A stretch of 64,000 bases of DNA from the NCBI GenBank assembly GCA_036735985.1, contig DAINNH010000001.1:103735-167734 (forward strand), read 5' to 3'. Of this stretch, positions 30,052 through 40,255 are shown piece after piece. The stretch comes from Candidatus Alectryobacillus sp. (GTDB lineage Bacteria; Bacillota_I; Bacilli_A; RFN20; CAG-826). The first letter of the stretch is position 1, and the number at the start of each line of letters is the position of its first letter. Both the position numbers and the translations under genes were made by a program. The notes below the pieces were generated by a model. It did no database searches. It was not told the origin of the DNA and saw nothing but the letters and a program-made list of their open reading frames with translations.

Positions 30052-32133
30052 ATGGCTGATCGTGAATATGATTTAGAACACACTAGAAATATCGGTATTA
30101 TGGCTCATATCGATGCTGGTAAAACAACAACTACTGAACGTATTTTGTATTTTACTGGTAAGATCCATAAAATCGGTGAAGTCCACGAAGGAGCAGCCAC
30201 TATGGACTGGATGGTCCAGGAGCAAGAAAGAGGTATTACTATTACATCCTCTGCAACTACTTGTTTTTGGAAAGGTAATCGTATTAATATTATCGATACT
30301 CCAGGGCACGTTGATTTTACTGTTGAAGTCGAAAGATCTTTAAAGGTCCTTGATGGTGCTGTTACAGTACTTGATGGTAAAAATGGTGTTGAACCTCAAA
30401 CCGAAACCGTTTGGAGACAAGGTTCAAAATATGGTGTTCCACGTATTGTTTTCGTAAATAAACTTGATGCAACGGGTGCTAACTTTGATATGTGTGTGGC
30501 TTCACTCCATGAAAAATTAGCTGCTAACGCGGAAGCTGTTGAATACCCAATTGGTATTGAAAACGATTTCCACGGCGTCATTGATATTATTAAAGATGTT
30601 TGTTGGATGTATGGTTCTGATCCATTACTTCCTCCAACTCTTGAAAAAGTTCCTGCTGAATATGAAGAAAAAGTTAAAGAATTAAAGCAAAAACTTTGTG
30701 AATCTATTGCTGAATTTGATGACAACTTCATGATGAAAGTTCTTGAAGGAGAACCAGTCAGCGAAGAAGAAATTAAAGCAACTATTCGTAAAGGTGTCTT
30801 ATTAGGCAAATTCTTCCCAGTTTTCTGCGGAAGTGCTTATAAAGATAAAGGTATTCAACCACTCCTTGATGGCGTTATTGATTATCTTCCATCTCCACAC
30901 GAAATTCCTCCTCAAAAAGGTACTCGTCCTGATGGCAGTATTGAAGAATGTATTCCAGATGATAAGGGTCACTTAGCCGCTCTTGCTTTCAAGATTGCGA
31001 CTGATCCATTTATCGGAAGACTTGCTTATGTTCGTATCTATCGTGGTACGATGAAATCTGGTAGTTATGTTTTAAATACCGTTAAGAACTATAAAGAAAG
31101 AATCGCTCGTCTTGTCCTTATGCATGCAAATCATCGTGAGGAAATTGATGAATTACATTCTGGAGATATTGGTGCTATAGTCGGCTTAAAGAATACCACT
31201 ACTGGTGATACATTAACAGATGAAGATTATCCATTAATTCTTGAAAAGATGGTATTCCCAGAACCTGTTATTGAAGAAGCTGTTGAACCAAAAACCAAAG
31301 CTGATCAAGAAAAGATGGCTGTTGGCTTGATGAAACTTGCTGAAGAAGACCCAACATTTAAAGTCCACACTGATCAAGATAGTGGTCAAACCATTATTGC
31401 AGGTGTTGGCGAACTCCACCTCGACATTATTGTCGATCGTTTAAAGAGAGAATTTGGCGTCCAAGTTAACGTTGGCAAACCACAAGTTGGCTATCGTGAA
31501 ACTATTAAAGGCACAGCTGATTGTGAAGGTAAATATATTCGTCAATCCGGTGGCCGTGGTCAATATGGTCACGTTTGGATTAAGTTTGAACCAAATCCAG
31601 GCAAAGGCTTCGAATTTGTTGATGCTGTTGTTGGTGGATCTGTTCCACGTGAATATATTAAACCTACTCAAGATGGCTTAGTTGCTGCTCTTGATAGAGG
31701 TCTTGTTGCTGGATTCCCAGTTTGCGATATTAAAGCTACACTCTTTGATGGCTCTTATCACGAAGTTGATAGTAGTGAAGCGGCCTATAAGATTGCAGCT
31801 AGTATGGCTCTTAAAGAAGCCGCTAAGAAATGTAACCCAGTTATTCTTGAACCTATCATGAAAGTTGAAGTTACGGTTCCAGAACAATATTATGGTGATG
31901 TTCTTGGTGATTTATCTCGTCGTAGAGGCGTCATTACTGATGAGTCTCAAAGAGGTAATGCAAAGATTATTGTCGCCGATGTCCCACTTGCTGAAATGTT
32001 CGGTTACGTCACAGATTTACGTAGCTTTACACAAGGTCGTGGTAACTACACAATGCAATTCGATCACTATGGTGAAACACCAAAGTTCATTGCAGATGAA
32101 ATTATTAAGAAGTCAGGAATGAGTCAACGTTAA
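30052..32133 (+). CDS. fusA: elongation factor G
   Basis: G1-G4 motifs [14 protein letters not shown] and NKLD. 693 aa. Confidence 0.97.
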   Translation: MADREYDLEHTRNIGIMAHIDAGKTTTTERILYFTGKIHKIGEVHEGAATMDWMVQEQERGITITSSATTCFWKGNRINIIDTPGHVDFTVEVERSLKVLDGAVTVLDGKNGVEPQTETVWRQGSKYGVPRIVFVNKLDATGANFDMCVASLHEKLAANAEAVEYPIGIENDFHGVIDIIKDVCWMYGSDPLLPPTLEKVPAEYEEKVKELKQKLCESIAEFDDNFMMKVLEGEPVSEEEIKATIRKGVLLGKFFPVFCGSAYKDKGIQPLLDGVIDYLPSPHEIPPQKGTRPDGSIEECIPDDKGHLAALAFKIATDPFIGRLAYVRIYRGTMKSGSYVLNTVKNYKERIARLVLMHANHREEIDELHSGDIGAIVGLKNTTTGDTLTDEDYPLILEKMVFPEPVIEEAVEPKTKADQEKMAVGLMKLAEEDPTFKVHTDQDSGQTIIAGVGELHLDIIVDRLKREFGVQVNVGKPQVGYRETIKGTADCEGKYIRQSGGRGQYGHVWIKFEPNPGKGFEFVDAVVGGSVPREYIKPTQDGLVAALDRGLVAGFPVCDIKATLFDGSYHEVDSSEAAYKIAASMALKEAAKKCNPVILEPIMKVEVTVPEQYYGDVLGDLSRRRGVITDESQRGNAKIIVADVPLAEMFGYVTDLRSFTQGRGNYTMQFDHYGETPKFIADEIIKKSGMSQR

Positions 32134-32228
32134 TCTTTATAGATTAAGTGTTTGATAAATGATTGATTTAAAAGAATTATTGCTATAAAATTATATAGTA
32201 TTGATATTAATGGAGGAAATTAATTAAT

Positions 32229-33413
32229 ATGGCAAAAGAAAAATTTGATAGATCTAAGGTACATGTTAACGTTGGTACAATCGGTCACGTTGACCACGGC
32301 AAAACCACATTAACTGCTGCTATCACCCACGTTTTAGCTAAGAAAGGCGAAGCTAAAGCTCTTGATTACAACCAAATCGATGCTACCCCAGAAGAAAAAG
32401 CTCGTGGTATCACGATTAATACTGCACACGTTGAGTATACAACTGCTAAACGTCACTATGCACACGTCGACTGCCCAGGGCACGCTGACTATGTTAAGAA
32501 CATGATTACTGGTGCTGCACAAATGGATGGTGCCATCCTTGTTGTCGCTGCTACTGATGGTGTCATGCCACAAACACGTGAACATATCTTACTTGCTCGT
32601 CAAGTTGGTGTTCCATACATTGTTGTTTTCTTAAATAAATGTGATGCTGTTGATGATCCAGAATTAATCGACTTAGTTGAAGCCGATGTTCGTGATCTTC
32701 TCAATAAATATGGATTCCCAGGCGATACATGCCCAGTCATTCGTGGCTCCGCATTAAAAGCTCTTGAAGGTGATCCAGAAGCTGAAAAGCACATCATGGA
32801 ACTTATGGATGCTGTTGATGCTTACATTCCTGACCCAGTCAGAGATAACGATAAACCATTCTTACTTGCAATTGAAGACGTTCTTACAATTACAGGTCGT
32901 GGCACCGTTGTTACAGGCAGAGTCGAACGTGGCACAGTCCACCTTAATGATGAAGTCGAAATTGTTGGTATTCACCCAACCTTAAAATCAGTTGTTACCG
33001 GTCTTGAAATGTTCCGTAAACTTCTTGATTTTGCTGAATGTGGTGATAACGTTGGTGTTCTTCTTAGAGGTATTACAAGAGACCAAGTCGTTCGTGGCCA
33101 AGTTCTTGCTAAACCAGGAAGTATTATTCCACATACCAAATTCACAGCTGCTGTTTACGTTTTAACTAAAGAAGAAGGTGGCCGTCATACTGGATTCTTA
33201 TCCAACTATAGACCACAATTCTACTTCCGTACAACCGATGTTACCGGTATTATCACACTTCCAGAAGGAACAGAAATGGTTCTTCCAGGTGATAACATTA
33301 CATTAACAGTTGAGTTAATTCACCCAGTTGCTATTGAAAAAGGTACTAAGTTCTCAATTCGTGAAGGTGGCAGAACCGTTGGTGCTGGTACAGTCCACGA
33401 AATCATTAAGTAA
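32229..33413 (+). CDS. tuf: elongation factor Tu
   Basis: [18 protein letters not shown] and NKCD. 394 aa. Confidence 0.97.
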   Translation: MAKEKFDRSKVHVNVGTIGHVDHGKTTLTAAITHVLAKKGEAKALDYNQIDATPEEKARGITINTAHVEYTTAKRHYAHVDCPGHADYVKNMITGAAQMDGAILVVAATDGVMPQTREHILLARQVGVPYIVVFLNKCDAVDDPELIDLVEADVRDLLNKYGFPGDTCPVIRGSALKALEGDPEAEKHIMELMDAVDAYIPDPVRDNDKPFLLAIEDVLTITGRGTVVTGRVERGTVHLNDEVEIVGIHPTLKSVVTGLEMFRKLLDFAECGDNVGVLLRGITRDQVVRGQVLAKPGSIIPHTKFTAAVYVLTKEEGGRHTGFLSNYRPQFYFRTTDVTGIITLPEGTEMVLPGDNITLTVELIHPVAIEKGTKFSIREGGRTVGAGTVHEIIK

Positions 33414-33430
33414 TTAAACTTATAAAAATA

Positions 33431-33457
33431 AGCTCATCGGAAGATGAGCTTTTTTTA
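33431..33457 (+). terminator. rho-independent terminator after tuf
   Basis: AGCTCATC-ggaa-GATGAGCT followed by T7. Confidence 0.88.
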
Positions 33458-33633
33458 ATTCTTAATCGATAACATATTAATTATTACCAATTATAAATAC
33501 TTGGGGGCATTTGTTAAAATACGATTGCAAAACAACAATATTTGCGAAAAATTTTAATTAATATTACGGACTGAAATATATCACAATATTAATATTATTT
33601 TTAGTATAATATTAATACGCTTAAGGTATAAGA

Positions 33634-34767
33634 ATGGAAGAAAATATTATTAAAGAAGAAAACAATGAGAACAAAGAGTTCTTAATATATCCTTCAAAAC
33701 TATCACGCCGTTTGTTAACTTTTTTAGCTGATGGTTTTTTAGCTTTTATTTTGTGTATTTTTTTATTTGAAATTGTCGTATTGCCATTAGGCAAATTGAG
33801 TGTGAATTATGGCACAAAATATAGCGATTATGTTAACGTAATCAATGAACGATATGATTTTTTGTACTCGAATAATTATTTATTTTATGAAAACGAAAAC
33901 ACAAAATATTCATATAATAGTAATGTTGAATATACTGCTAATGAGTTTATTCATTATTATGCTTTTGATAAAGACGTTTCACTTAAAAAATATGAAATTT
34001 TTGAAAACTATTATGTAAATAAAAAAGGCCTCGATGAAAATACATTTTTACAAAATAAATATAAATACGAAAGTAGTGATTCATTTAAAAAATATTTTGA
34101 AATTGATTTAAAAACTTCACCTTATACAATTCAAATGCGTGAAACTTATCGCAATTTATTTAAACCTTATTTCGAAACCGAAAATGCTATTTCTGATGCT
34201 GGAAAAAAAGAAATGACAACATTTAAATCACAATTTTTCCAAGGAACTTTCTTAGGAATGACAAATGATCTTTATTCGAGCGATAATTACATCATTGGTT
34301 TAAATAATGATATAAATACATTTAAAGATTACCAGAATAATTTGTATATTTATTGTTCATATATTTCTTTTGTATTAGTGGTCATTATTTTGTACTTAAT
34401 TATCCCATTAATTGATAAAAAGGGGCGAACGGTTGGGAAAATAATAATGAAACAAGAGGTTATAAATACAAATACTTTGCAGAACCCTCATATTAATTTA
34501 AAAATATCTCTATTTTTCTTAAATACTTTAGAATCGTTGAGTTTTTTAATGTTTGTTCCTTGGATTAGTGCAGGTTTTTCAACACTATTTTCATTAGTTC
34601 CGCTTTTTTATCCATCCGCTATTGCTCTTCTTTATTGTCTAATTTCCTTTGTAATTGCATGTGCGAATACTTTAAATAAATCTATAAAAGAATTAGTCAC
34701 TTTTACAATGGTAGTAGATTCTTCTTTAATGGACCAGTATTATATCGAAAGAGGTTATAGTGCATAA
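33634..34767 (+). CDS. RDD-family membrane protein with large inserted ectodomain (paralog 1)
   Basis: RDD-like elements are SRRLLTFLADGFL (TM1), then KKGRTVGKIIMKQEV after TM2, with further TMs. About 185 aa of Tyr/Asn-rich sequence sits between TM1 and TM2. Confidence 0.6.
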   Translation: MEENIIKEENNENKEFLIYPSKLSRRLLTFLADGFLAFILCIFLFEIVVLPLGKLSVNYGTKYSDYVNVINERYDFLYSNNYLFYENENTKYSYNSNVEYTANEFIHYYAFDKDVSLKKYEIFENYYVNKKGLDENTFLQNKYKYESSDSFKKYFEIDLKTSPYTIQMRETYRNLFKPYFETENAISDAGKKEMTTFKSQFFQGTFLGMTNDLYSSDNYIIGLNNDINTFKDYQNNLYIYCSYISFVLVVIILYLIIPLIDKKGRTVGKIIMKQEVINTNTLQNPHINLKISLFFLNTLESLSFLMFVPWISAGFSTLFSLVPLFYPSAIALLYCLISFVIACANTLNKSIKELVTFTMVVDSSLMDQYYIERGYSA

Positions 34768-35801
34768 TGATTAAAAGACAAACTGTACCTGTTGAAACAG
34801 TAGCGAATGATGAGATTACGCTAAACAGTGAAACACCTAAAAAAATTCATATTCAATATGAAAGACCCGTTCCTTCAAAAAGGTTGTTTTCTTCGATTTT
34901 AGATTTTTTAGTTTTTGCGTTAATTGCTTCGCTTATTTTTCTTGGAACCCGTGCAATCATGGAAGTTACGCCTAGCTATAAAGCCAACGAGGAAACTTAT
35001 CAAAGCATTCAAGTGAATTCTGGTTTATATCAAAAAAGCACAAACGGGTATTATTATAATATTTTTCACTACTATGAACTCCAAGACAACGATTCTACAT
35101 TTGAAAAGATAAAATTGAGAAATGCAATCGATGCTTTTATTAAATATAGCAATGAACAATCAGACACTCATAAGGTCGATGTTCAAAAAGAATATGATAA
35201 TTATCGAGTTAATCTAAAAGTTGATGGCGTAAATTATTTTATGGTTGAAAACAGTGAAATTAAAGAAGTTAGTGGCATACCATCTTCCAGTTTTAATAAA
35301 AATGCTTATGGGCCATTTATTGAAGAAAAATGCTGTGCAATTTATCTTGTTGAAAATTTTACTCAATTTGTTAATTCCCAAAAAGCCATAACTTACGGAC
35401 TTATTTTTATTGATCTTCCAATTAGTGTCATATTGGCAGCGATTTTATCTTTTTATGTTCCTGGATTGATTTTTAAAAGAGGACGTAAAAGTTTAGGAAA
35501 ATTGTTATTTCACATCTCGCTTGTTGATAAAAACTATTTAAGCTTGCCATTAAAAACTTATACCTATAGATTCTTAATCATTCTTTTTGGAGAAATTATT
35601 TTATCGTTTGCTACATTTGGAGTGCCATTACTTATATCAGCCAGTTTTGAGGCTTTTAGCAAGAAAAAACAACCTATTCACGATTATTTATTAAAAATTG
35701 ATTCGTTAGATACATCAACTGATAAGGTCTATTTTTCGAAACAAGAAATAGCTCACGAACAAGAAAATACTAATAAAACTGTTGATTTTAAACTTCGTTA
35801 A
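34767..35801 (+). CDS. RDD-family membrane protein with inserted ectodomain (paralog 2)
   Basis: KRLFSSILDFLVF (TM1), KRGRKSLGKLLFHISLVD and QPIHDYLL near the C-terminus. The start overlaps the stop of the upstream paralog (ATAATG). Confidence 0.6.
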   Translation: MIKRQTVPVETVANDEITLNSETPKKIHIQYERPVPSKRLFSSILDFLVFALIASLIFLGTRAIMEVTPSYKANEETYQSIQVNSGLYQKSTNGYYYNIFHYYELQDNDSTFEKIKLRNAIDAFIKYSNEQSDTHKVDVQKEYDNYRVNLKVDGVNYFMVENSEIKEVSGIPSSSFNKNAYGPFIEEKCCAIYLVENFTQFVNSQKAITYGLIFIDLPISVILAAILSFYVPGLIFKRGRKSLGKLLFHISLVDKNYLSLPLKTYTYRFLIILFGEIILSFATFGVPLLISASFEAFSKKKQPIHDYLLKIDSLDTSTDKVYFSKQEIAHEQENTNKTVDFKLR

Positions 35802-35832
35802 AAATTTCTTAAATAAAGTCTATTTCTTTTCG

Positions 35833-35862
35833 TTGCTAACAATAATAATTTTAGTATATAAT
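35833..35862 (+). promoter_or_regulatory. sigma-A type promoter heading the ABC/nuclease operon
   Basis: TTGCTA (35833-35838), an 18-nt spacer, then TATAAT (35857-35862). The ATG at 35874 is only 11 nt after the -10 box and has no SD. Confidence 0.6.
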
Positions 35863-35873
35863 ACTAATGTATT

Positions 35874-37439
35874 ATGAAAAAACAAATATTAATTATGCTC
35901 TCAGTTTTGCTTTGCGGAGTGTCTTATTTGTCCACCTCATATTCTGAAACTGCAAAATTTGATAATCGTTCGAACAGCTCAAAGGAGAGTGCAGTTTTAA
36001 AGTATGCAGCGGAAGGTGAAACTGTAAGTCTAGGAACTGAACTTGGTGATGGTGTTCTTTCGATTGCCCTCCGAGCTTCATCCAAAAGTCCGACTTCTCG
36101 TTCTATTCGTTTTCAAGTTACATCAGGAGATAATTTTAATGCGAATGACAACTACACATTAGGTTGTTATGATCCAAAAAATTATTATCCACTAACTGTT
36201 GTTTATAATTTGCTTGATGAAGATGGTAATGTTTATAAAACAAACGCTTCAACAGTTGTCGATCGTGGTGCTACTAGTGGTAATTATGATCCACTTGGCA
36301 ATTATTATGGCGCCGAATACATTGTTTTGTATTTAACTGCTTTTTGTGATTATGGTCTTTCTATTGATACAGAATCAATCAAATTCATCAATATTTTTAA
36401 AGCAAATATTGTGACTGGAGCAGATCAAGTCAAATCGTTTACTCCTGATTTTGAAACTAACTATTATTGTTCTTTTTCAAAAAATAAATCAACGGTTACA
36501 ACGGTCGTTCGTGATCTTGAAAATCTTATTGATTTCAAACAAACACACTTCGTTGAAAGCTCACTCTATTCTGACACATATGCATTAAAATCTACAATTT
36601 TTGCGCATAGTGAAGAAGTTTATGCTGCACGTAAAGCTAGTATTTATAAACAATATAAAGATGGAATTGCTGCAGGGACACATTTAATTCGTGTTCGTTT
36701 TACATGGAATGGCAATTCTCGTTATTTAATTTCTACTGAAAAAGATGGTGTAATAACGAAGCAAACATTAGTTCCGGATGGCAGTTATTTAATCATTAAC
36801 TCTGAGGGGAAAACTGATTTAACAATCTTTGCTAAAAATATTGAAGGCAAAATTGTTGATTTCCAATTAATGAACTTCACAGTTAAATTATCCTTACTTG
36901 TTACTAAGACGTTAAAAGAGGTTTCGACTCTTAGTTCATTTGATGATTATTATGGATCATTAAGTTTCTTAACTAGCGATGTTAAAGATTATAAAGGCAA
37001 TATCGTTTATTCTAAAGTAAATGTTGATGCCTTTAATAACATTAACTTACAAGCTATTCTCGGCTTCACATTAACTACTCTTATTTATGTTGTTGCTGTT
37101 GTTAGTGCTTATTTCTTCCTAAAAAATAAATTTAAGAACGATGAATTCCGTAAGATGAATAAGAGCTCTTATATTAAAAACAGCATTCATGGATACATTT
37201 TTGTTATCGCGTTTGTAATGGACGTTCTTTACATTATGTGGCGTGCTACAACTTACAATAACTCAACAATTGTTGCTAATGCTCTAGATCCAATGATTGT
37301 AGTATTCAGTGTTATTTCAATTATCTGGTTTGGCTACTGGGTTAAATATGCCATGGTTCGAATCAAAGATTGGCGTGAAAAACAACAAGTTGAAAAACTC
37401 AATCTTAATAAAAAAGTCGTTGATGATGGTACTAAATAA
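35874..37439 (+). CDS. orphan surface protein: signal peptide, ~390-aa beta-rich ectodomain, 3 C-terminal TM helices
   Basis: N-terminal MKKQILIMLSVLLCGVSYL is a signal peptide or a relaxed lipobox. The C-terminal hydrophobic segments are ILGFTLTTLIYVVAVVSAYFF, IHGYIFVIAFVMDVLYIMW and MIVVFSVISIIWFGYWV. I recognise no family. Confidence 0.6.
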   Translation: MKKQILIMLSVLLCGVSYLSTSYSETAKFDNRSNSSKESAVLKYAAEGETVSLGTELGDGVLSIALRASSKSPTSRSIRFQVTSGDNFNANDNYTLGCYDPKNYYPLTVVYNLLDEDGNVYKTNASTVVDRGATSGNYDPLGNYYGAEYIVLYLTAFCDYGLSIDTESIKFINIFKANIVTGADQVKSFTPDFETNYYCSFSKNKSTVTTVVRDLENLIDFKQTHFVESSLYSDTYALKSTIFAHSEEVYAARKASIYKQYKDGIAAGTHLIRVRFTWNGNSRYLISTEKDGVITKQTLVPDGSYLIINSEGKTDLTIFAKNIEGKIVDFQLMNFTVKLSLLVTKTLKEVSTLSSFDDYYGSLSFLTSDVKDYKGNIVYSKVNVDAFNNINLQAILGFTLTTLIYVVAVVSAYFFLKNKFKNDEFRKMNKSSYIKNSIHGYIFVIAFVMDVLYIMWRATTYNNSTIVANALDPMIVVFSVISIIWFGYWVKYAMVRIKDWREKQQVEKLNLNKKVVDDGTK

Positions 37440-37459
37440 TTAAATAGTGGAGAAACATT

Positions 37460-39133
37460 ATGGAAATAAGAATTAAAAATTTAACAAAAATTTTCCCAGG
37501 GAATGCAAAAAAGCATATCCGTGATACCGTGGCCGTTGATAACCTCGATATAACGATTCCTGATGGAAAACTCGTTGGTTTATTAGGACCATCGGGCTGT
37601 GGTAAATCGACAACTCTTTATATGATTGCTGGTTTACTTAATCCTACAAGCGGTGAAATTTGGTTTGGTGATGAAGAAGTTACTAATCTTTCCGCCGAAA
37701 AAAGAGGTATTGGTTTAGTTTTCCAAAACTATGCTCTTTACCCACACATGACTATTTATAAGAATGTTGAATTCCCTTTAACTAATCTTAAAGTCGAAGT
37801 CCCACTTGTTAATTTCTTCAATTATGCATTAACTTATACTTATGTTTTAAGTGAAAAAGATGTGGTCGATGGTATTGTTCGTTCCTTTAACTCCTTATGT
37901 TATAAATTAGGTTTTAAGAAATTTAAAGTTGTTCCAACTGTTGTTGGCCAAGATTTAACTCTTCTTATTACTTTATCTAATATTTCAAAAGATGATGAAG
38001 CCAAGCTTAAAACTAATGTTCCAGCTATCATTAAAGCCACATTAACTAACGAGGTAGAAGAACAAAGTAGCGAAGCTTTATTTGATGGTGTTGCTCGTTT
38101 CAAACTTAGCAATACTGATCCAATTAATGAAGATGTTAAAGTTAATGAAGTTGCTTGTAAGAAATATGCTCGTAATGTTAATAACCTTATTCATAGCTTT
38201 GATTTAAGAAGCGTTGAATTAAGTGTTTATGTTAATGAAGGAGCTTTCTATTGCTTCTTTAAAGTTAAAAAGGCTACTGAAGCCCACTTAAATTTACTTA
38301 AAGAAGGCTTAGTTGAAAAATTCGGTGCTCAAGAACTTGATTTCAAAGTCTCACAAGCCTTATCCTATCGTAGATTAAATTCTGTTGAAAGACATGAAAT
38401 CGTTTACGAAACAGCTAAACTTGTTCAAATCGAAGAATATTTACAACGTAAGCCATCACAATTATCTGGTGGTCAACAACAACGTGTCGCGATCGCTCGT
38501 GCTCTTGTTAAACGTCCAAAGGTTTTATTACTTGATGAACCATTAAGTAACCTTGATGCTCGTTTACGTTTACAAACTCGTGAAGAAATCCGTCGTATTC
38601 AAAAGAATACCGGTATTACTACTGTTTTCGTTACTCACGACCAAGAAGAAGCTATGTCAATTTCAGATGAAATTGTCGTCATTAAGCTTGGTGTTATGCA
38701 ACAAAAAGATAAGCCACAAGTCGTTTATAATGACCCAGCCAACTTATTTGTTGCTCAATTCTTAGGAACACCTCCAGTTAACGTGTTTAATGGATATTCT
38801 AAAGATAATAGTATTTATGTTGGCAATTCTAAAGTCTTTGAATGTAAGGAAACTAAACTGCCAGATCAAGATTTATTTGTAGCTATTCGTCCAGAAGGTT
38901 TTGAATTAACTCCAAAGGGTGATTGTGGGTTAGCTTGCAACGCTGAAATGATTCAAATTTTAGGGCGTGATCTTTCGATTATTGCCACAAATGAGAATTG
39001 TTTAAAACCAAACTTCAAAGTTATTATCGCAAATAACGATGATAACATTAAAGGCAAAATTAAATTAGGTGTTAAACCAAACAAATTATATATTTTCGAT
39101 AAGACAACCGAAAAACGTATTTACATTAAATAG
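37460..39133 (+). CDS. MalK/UgpC-type ABC transporter ATP-binding protein with ~200-aa internal insertion
   Basis: Walker A GPSGCGKST, Q-loop VFQNYALYPHMT, signature LSGGQQQRVAIARAL, Walker B LLLDEPLSNLD, H-loop VTHDQ, and a C-terminal TOBE-like domain. About 200 extra residues lie between the Q-loop region and the signature. Confidence 0.88.
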   Translation: MEIRIKNLTKIFPGNAKKHIRDTVAVDNLDITIPDGKLVGLLGPSGCGKSTTLYMIAGLLNPTSGEIWFGDEEVTNLSAEKRGIGLVFQNYALYPHMTIYKNVEFPLTNLKVEVPLVNFFNYALTYTYVLSEKDVVDGIVRSFNSLCYKLGFKKFKVVPTVVGQDLTLLITLSNISKDDEAKLKTNVPAIIKATLTNEVEEQSSEALFDGVARFKLSNTDPINEDVKVNEVACKKYARNVNNLIHSFDLRSVELSVYVNEGAFYCFFKVKKATEAHLNLLKEGLVEKFGAQELDFKVSQALSYRRLNSVERHEIVYETAKLVQIEEYLQRKPSQLSGGQQQRVAIARALVKRPKVLLLDEPLSNLDARLRLQTREEIRRIQKNTGITTVFVTHDQEEAMSISDEIVVIKLGVMQQKDKPQVVYNDPANLFVAQFLGTPPVNVFNGYSKDNSIYVGNSKVFECKETKLPDQDLFVAIRPEGFELTPKGDCGLACNAEMIQILGRDLSIIATNENCLKPNFKVIIANNDDNIKGKIKLGVKPNKLYIFDKTTEKRIYIK

Positions 39134-39145
39134 GGATAATCTTAT

Positions 39146-40240
39146 ATGGAAAATAATGAAAAAAAGGATGGCTTAATAAATAATAGCGGTGGAGTTAGCG
39201 CTACTATTGATAATCCATATGTCTATAACGATACTAAATATGGCGAAGTACAACTTGGCTATAATCCTCAAAAAAATTTAAATGTTCGCCTTGTTTCAAA
39301 TAAGGCTGCCGATCCTAATTTTAAGGTTACAGGCGTTAAAGATGCCGGACAAAGTAATAACTGGAAAGCCTGGTTATATTTAGCTCCAGTCCTCATCCTT
39401 ATGTCAGTTTTCTTAATTTATCCTTTAATTGATACTATCGCTATTTCCTTTATGGATAACTATAGTTATGTTAAGGGTACATTTGATGGCTGGTCTTTCG
39501 CTAACTATGGTAAAGTCTTAGGACTTCTTCCTGTTAATGGAGGCTATCAAAAGAATTTCGTCGACTATGCTATTGGTAACACTTTCTTCTTAGTGTTTGT
39601 TACTGTTCCAATCTCAATTTTTATTGCTATTCTCATCTCAGTCGGTCTAAATAATTTAAAATGGTTCCAAAAAGTATTACAAACCGTTTTCTTCCTTCCA
39701 TATGTTACTAACGCCATTGCTATCGGCATGGTCTTCAGTGTCATCTTCGATCAAAAAGGTTTAATAAACTTTATCTTCCAAACAGATAAACTTTGGATTT
39801 ATGGAGCCCAAAGATGGGATGCAATGCTTCCACTTTGTATTTACATTATTTGGAGTTCGCTCCCATTTAAGATTCTTGTCTTCCTTAGTGGCCTACAAGG
39901 TATTGATAAACAATATTATCAAGCGGCTAAAATTGATGCCACTCCACAATGGAAGGTGTTATTTAAAATTACAATTCCATTATTATCGCCGCAAATCCTT
40001 TATATTATGATTACTTCCTTTATCGGTTCGTTTAAGGAATATTCAAGTATTGTTGGCTTATTCAATGGTCCGGGTACTTCAAATGGTTCTTATGAAATGT
40101 ACACTGTTGTCTACTATGTTTACGATAACATTTCACTTCATACCGAATTAGCTGCGGCCGCTGCCACAATGCTCTTTGTTGTTATTTTACTCTTTACATG
40201 GCTCCAAAGTGTTGTTTCAAAACGCCGTGTTTACTATTAA
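39146..40240 (+). CDS. ABC transporter permease (MalF/UgpA-like) with ~75-aa N-terminal extension
   Basis: EAA loop GIDKQYYQAAKIDATPQWKVLFKITIPLLSP. 6 TMs. Confidence 0.88.
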   Translation: MENNEKKDGLINNSGGVSATIDNPYVYNDTKYGEVQLGYNPQKNLNVRLVSNKAADPNFKVTGVKDAGQSNNWKAWLYLAPVLILMSVFLIYPLIDTIAISFMDNYSYVKGTFDGWSFANYGKVLGLLPVNGGYQKNFVDYAIGNTFFLVFVTVPISIFIAILISVGLNNLKWFQKVLQTVFFLPYVTNAIAIGMVFSVIFDQKGLINFIFQTDKLWIYGAQRWDAMLPLCIYIIWSSLPFKILVFLSGLQGIDKQYYQAAKIDATPQWKVLFKITIPLLSPQILYIMITSFIGSFKEYSSIVGLFNGPGTSNGSYEMYTVVYYVYDNISLHTELAAAAATMLFVVILLFTWLQSVVSKRRVYY

Positions 40241-40255
40241 TAAGGAGGAATGGTT

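Noticed and set aside
32181-32189. Possible internal tuf promoter (TGcTATAAA) in the fusA-tuf spacer.
   Set aside because: The only nearby -35-like hexamer has 15-nt spacing, and the element is indistinguishable from AT-rich background. It was left out of the feature list.
33577-33600. AT-only palindromes such as AATATTAATATT in several intergenic regions.
   Set aside because: These are expected by chance in ~20% GC spacers and have no positional relation to promoters.
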